The notes under the pieces: model-generated
The model's input: the letters and a program-made list of their open reading frames with translations, nothing else
The model's database searches: none
What the model was told of the DNA's origin: nothing
Program-made: the position numbers and the translations under genes
In this document: piece by piece, positions 62,661 through 64,000 of the stretch
Position numbering within the stretch: position 1 is the first letter of the stretch
Layout of the letters: each line of letters opens with the position of its first letter
NCBI RefSeq assembly: GCF_902652985.1
Contig: NC_047024.1
Coordinates: 23,312,001-23,376,000 of the forward strand
DNA: 64,000 bases
Origin: Pecten maximus
Taxonomy: Eukaryota
Reading direction: 5' to 3'

Positions 62661-64000
62661 AAAAGTATAATCTTGTGGATATTTGGGGTAATATAAGGAA
62701 GTAAAAAACTTTCTCAGAATTTGAGTTGTAAATGTTTGAAGTTTACTTGAGAAAGTAAAGACAATATTTAAATTTTGTATTTAATATATAAGATAAGCGC
62801 TATCAATTCATAATTTTTCAAGGGGGGACGAAATAGCTGTAGCATGCAGTTTTATTTTCATTTTGTTGTGTCTGTTGTTAAATTAATGATAAATTCATCA
62901 TTTATGTGTCTTATATATACGACCCTTTGACTGTTCTGTATACTAGAGGAAAACAAGTTTTTTTCTACTTCAAAATATCTTCTTAATCTCGTTTCATTCT
63001 GAAAGTGTGTTTGTAATATGGTATTAAGGCCGATGAAAATATTATATATCATAACTTTTCTTGTGCCAGATTTCCACACTTTTCACGGACGATCCCCAGA
63101 AAGCCGAAATATCTTTATCATGTCGTGTTGTATTCTTTGTTTGACAGATTTAAATGGATGTAATTTGTACAATCCTTGAAAAGTTGAGCCCAGTTAATAC
63201 CATATTTTGATTAAACAATCGGCAATACTCCCTAGCTTATGAGATGTAATAATAAACATGGCATTTTAAGAATCTAGCACGGCCAGAATAATTAAAACAT
63301 GCATACACATGTATTAATATTCCATACATATGTTTGGAAGTAATCAAAAACGTATTCGTGTGAAAGAAGAAGAGAGTTGCTATTTGTATCCCTCTACAAG
63401 TATTTATATTGCTAAGAGTCGAGGTTTCATTGGCACAGTAGGGGATACTTTGGATTCGAAATTATTTCTGGGATAGCGATAGTCTTCTAGATCGAACTTT
63501 TTTTTATTGTTTTTTTTTAGCTTTTTTCCCCATTATTTTTGGTATTTGTCGTTATAATAATACTATTTTCTGTGATACAAGTTTTAAACTTTTAATCCAT
63601 TTTTATGCTCTCTTACATTACTTACATATACATTTTCATCATTTTGTCCATGTCTCTCTGGACAACTCTTTTAGACGGAATGTCCAAATAATTATGGCAT
63701 TTCTTCTCTGTCTCAATCACGGAATTTCAGTGTGACAACTCTTTGATTCAATTTATCAGTTAGACGAACTTTAATGTATACAGTTGTCATAAATACGCCC
63801 CTTTACAAATATATACAGAAAGATGTATTGTAAGAAATCTAAAAATATGCAAATAAAGTTTAATAATATTTAAGTAATTCCTCATTTAAACCGTCTTTTA
63901 TGATATATTAAGTAATATAAGTAATATATATATATATGTGTATAATATTTGTTTCGTCACTTTTGGTATAACAATAATATGACATAACATGGCTATCAAT

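Overview
AT-rich, repeat-dense animal genomic DNA. A bivalve or other mollusc is likely, inferred from the SINE, HINE and satellite types. Bases 414-26056 (+) carry the last 12 coding exons of an LNX1/2-like (Ligand of Numb-X) E3 ubiquitin ligase gene. These encode a C-terminal zinc finger, four PDZ domains and a ...SWPGTIV* end; all introns are GT-AG and phase-consistent, and the RING exons lie upstream of the window. I found no other host protein-coding exon from 26 to 64 kb. That stretch is minisatellites, SINEs, MITEs and Crypton-like remnants. The most unusual structure is inside LNX introns. (1) A 75-bp tandem array amplifies the end of the PDZ1 exon with its splice donor about 12 times; every mis-splicing route gives a stop just after PDZ1, and the two widespread substitutions are synonymous in the LNX frame. 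(2) A hAT-type element with a 5-bp TSD sits in that array and still encodes a spliced zinc-finger-only peptide. (3) An inverted pair of minimal hammerhead-ribozyme motifs (Penelope-like) lies next to a Pol III element with terminal direct repeats. (4) A satellite block was apparently copied across an exon with a 77-bp flanking duplication. There are no CRISPR arrays, rRNA or true tRNA genes. All calls were made by eye, without database searches.
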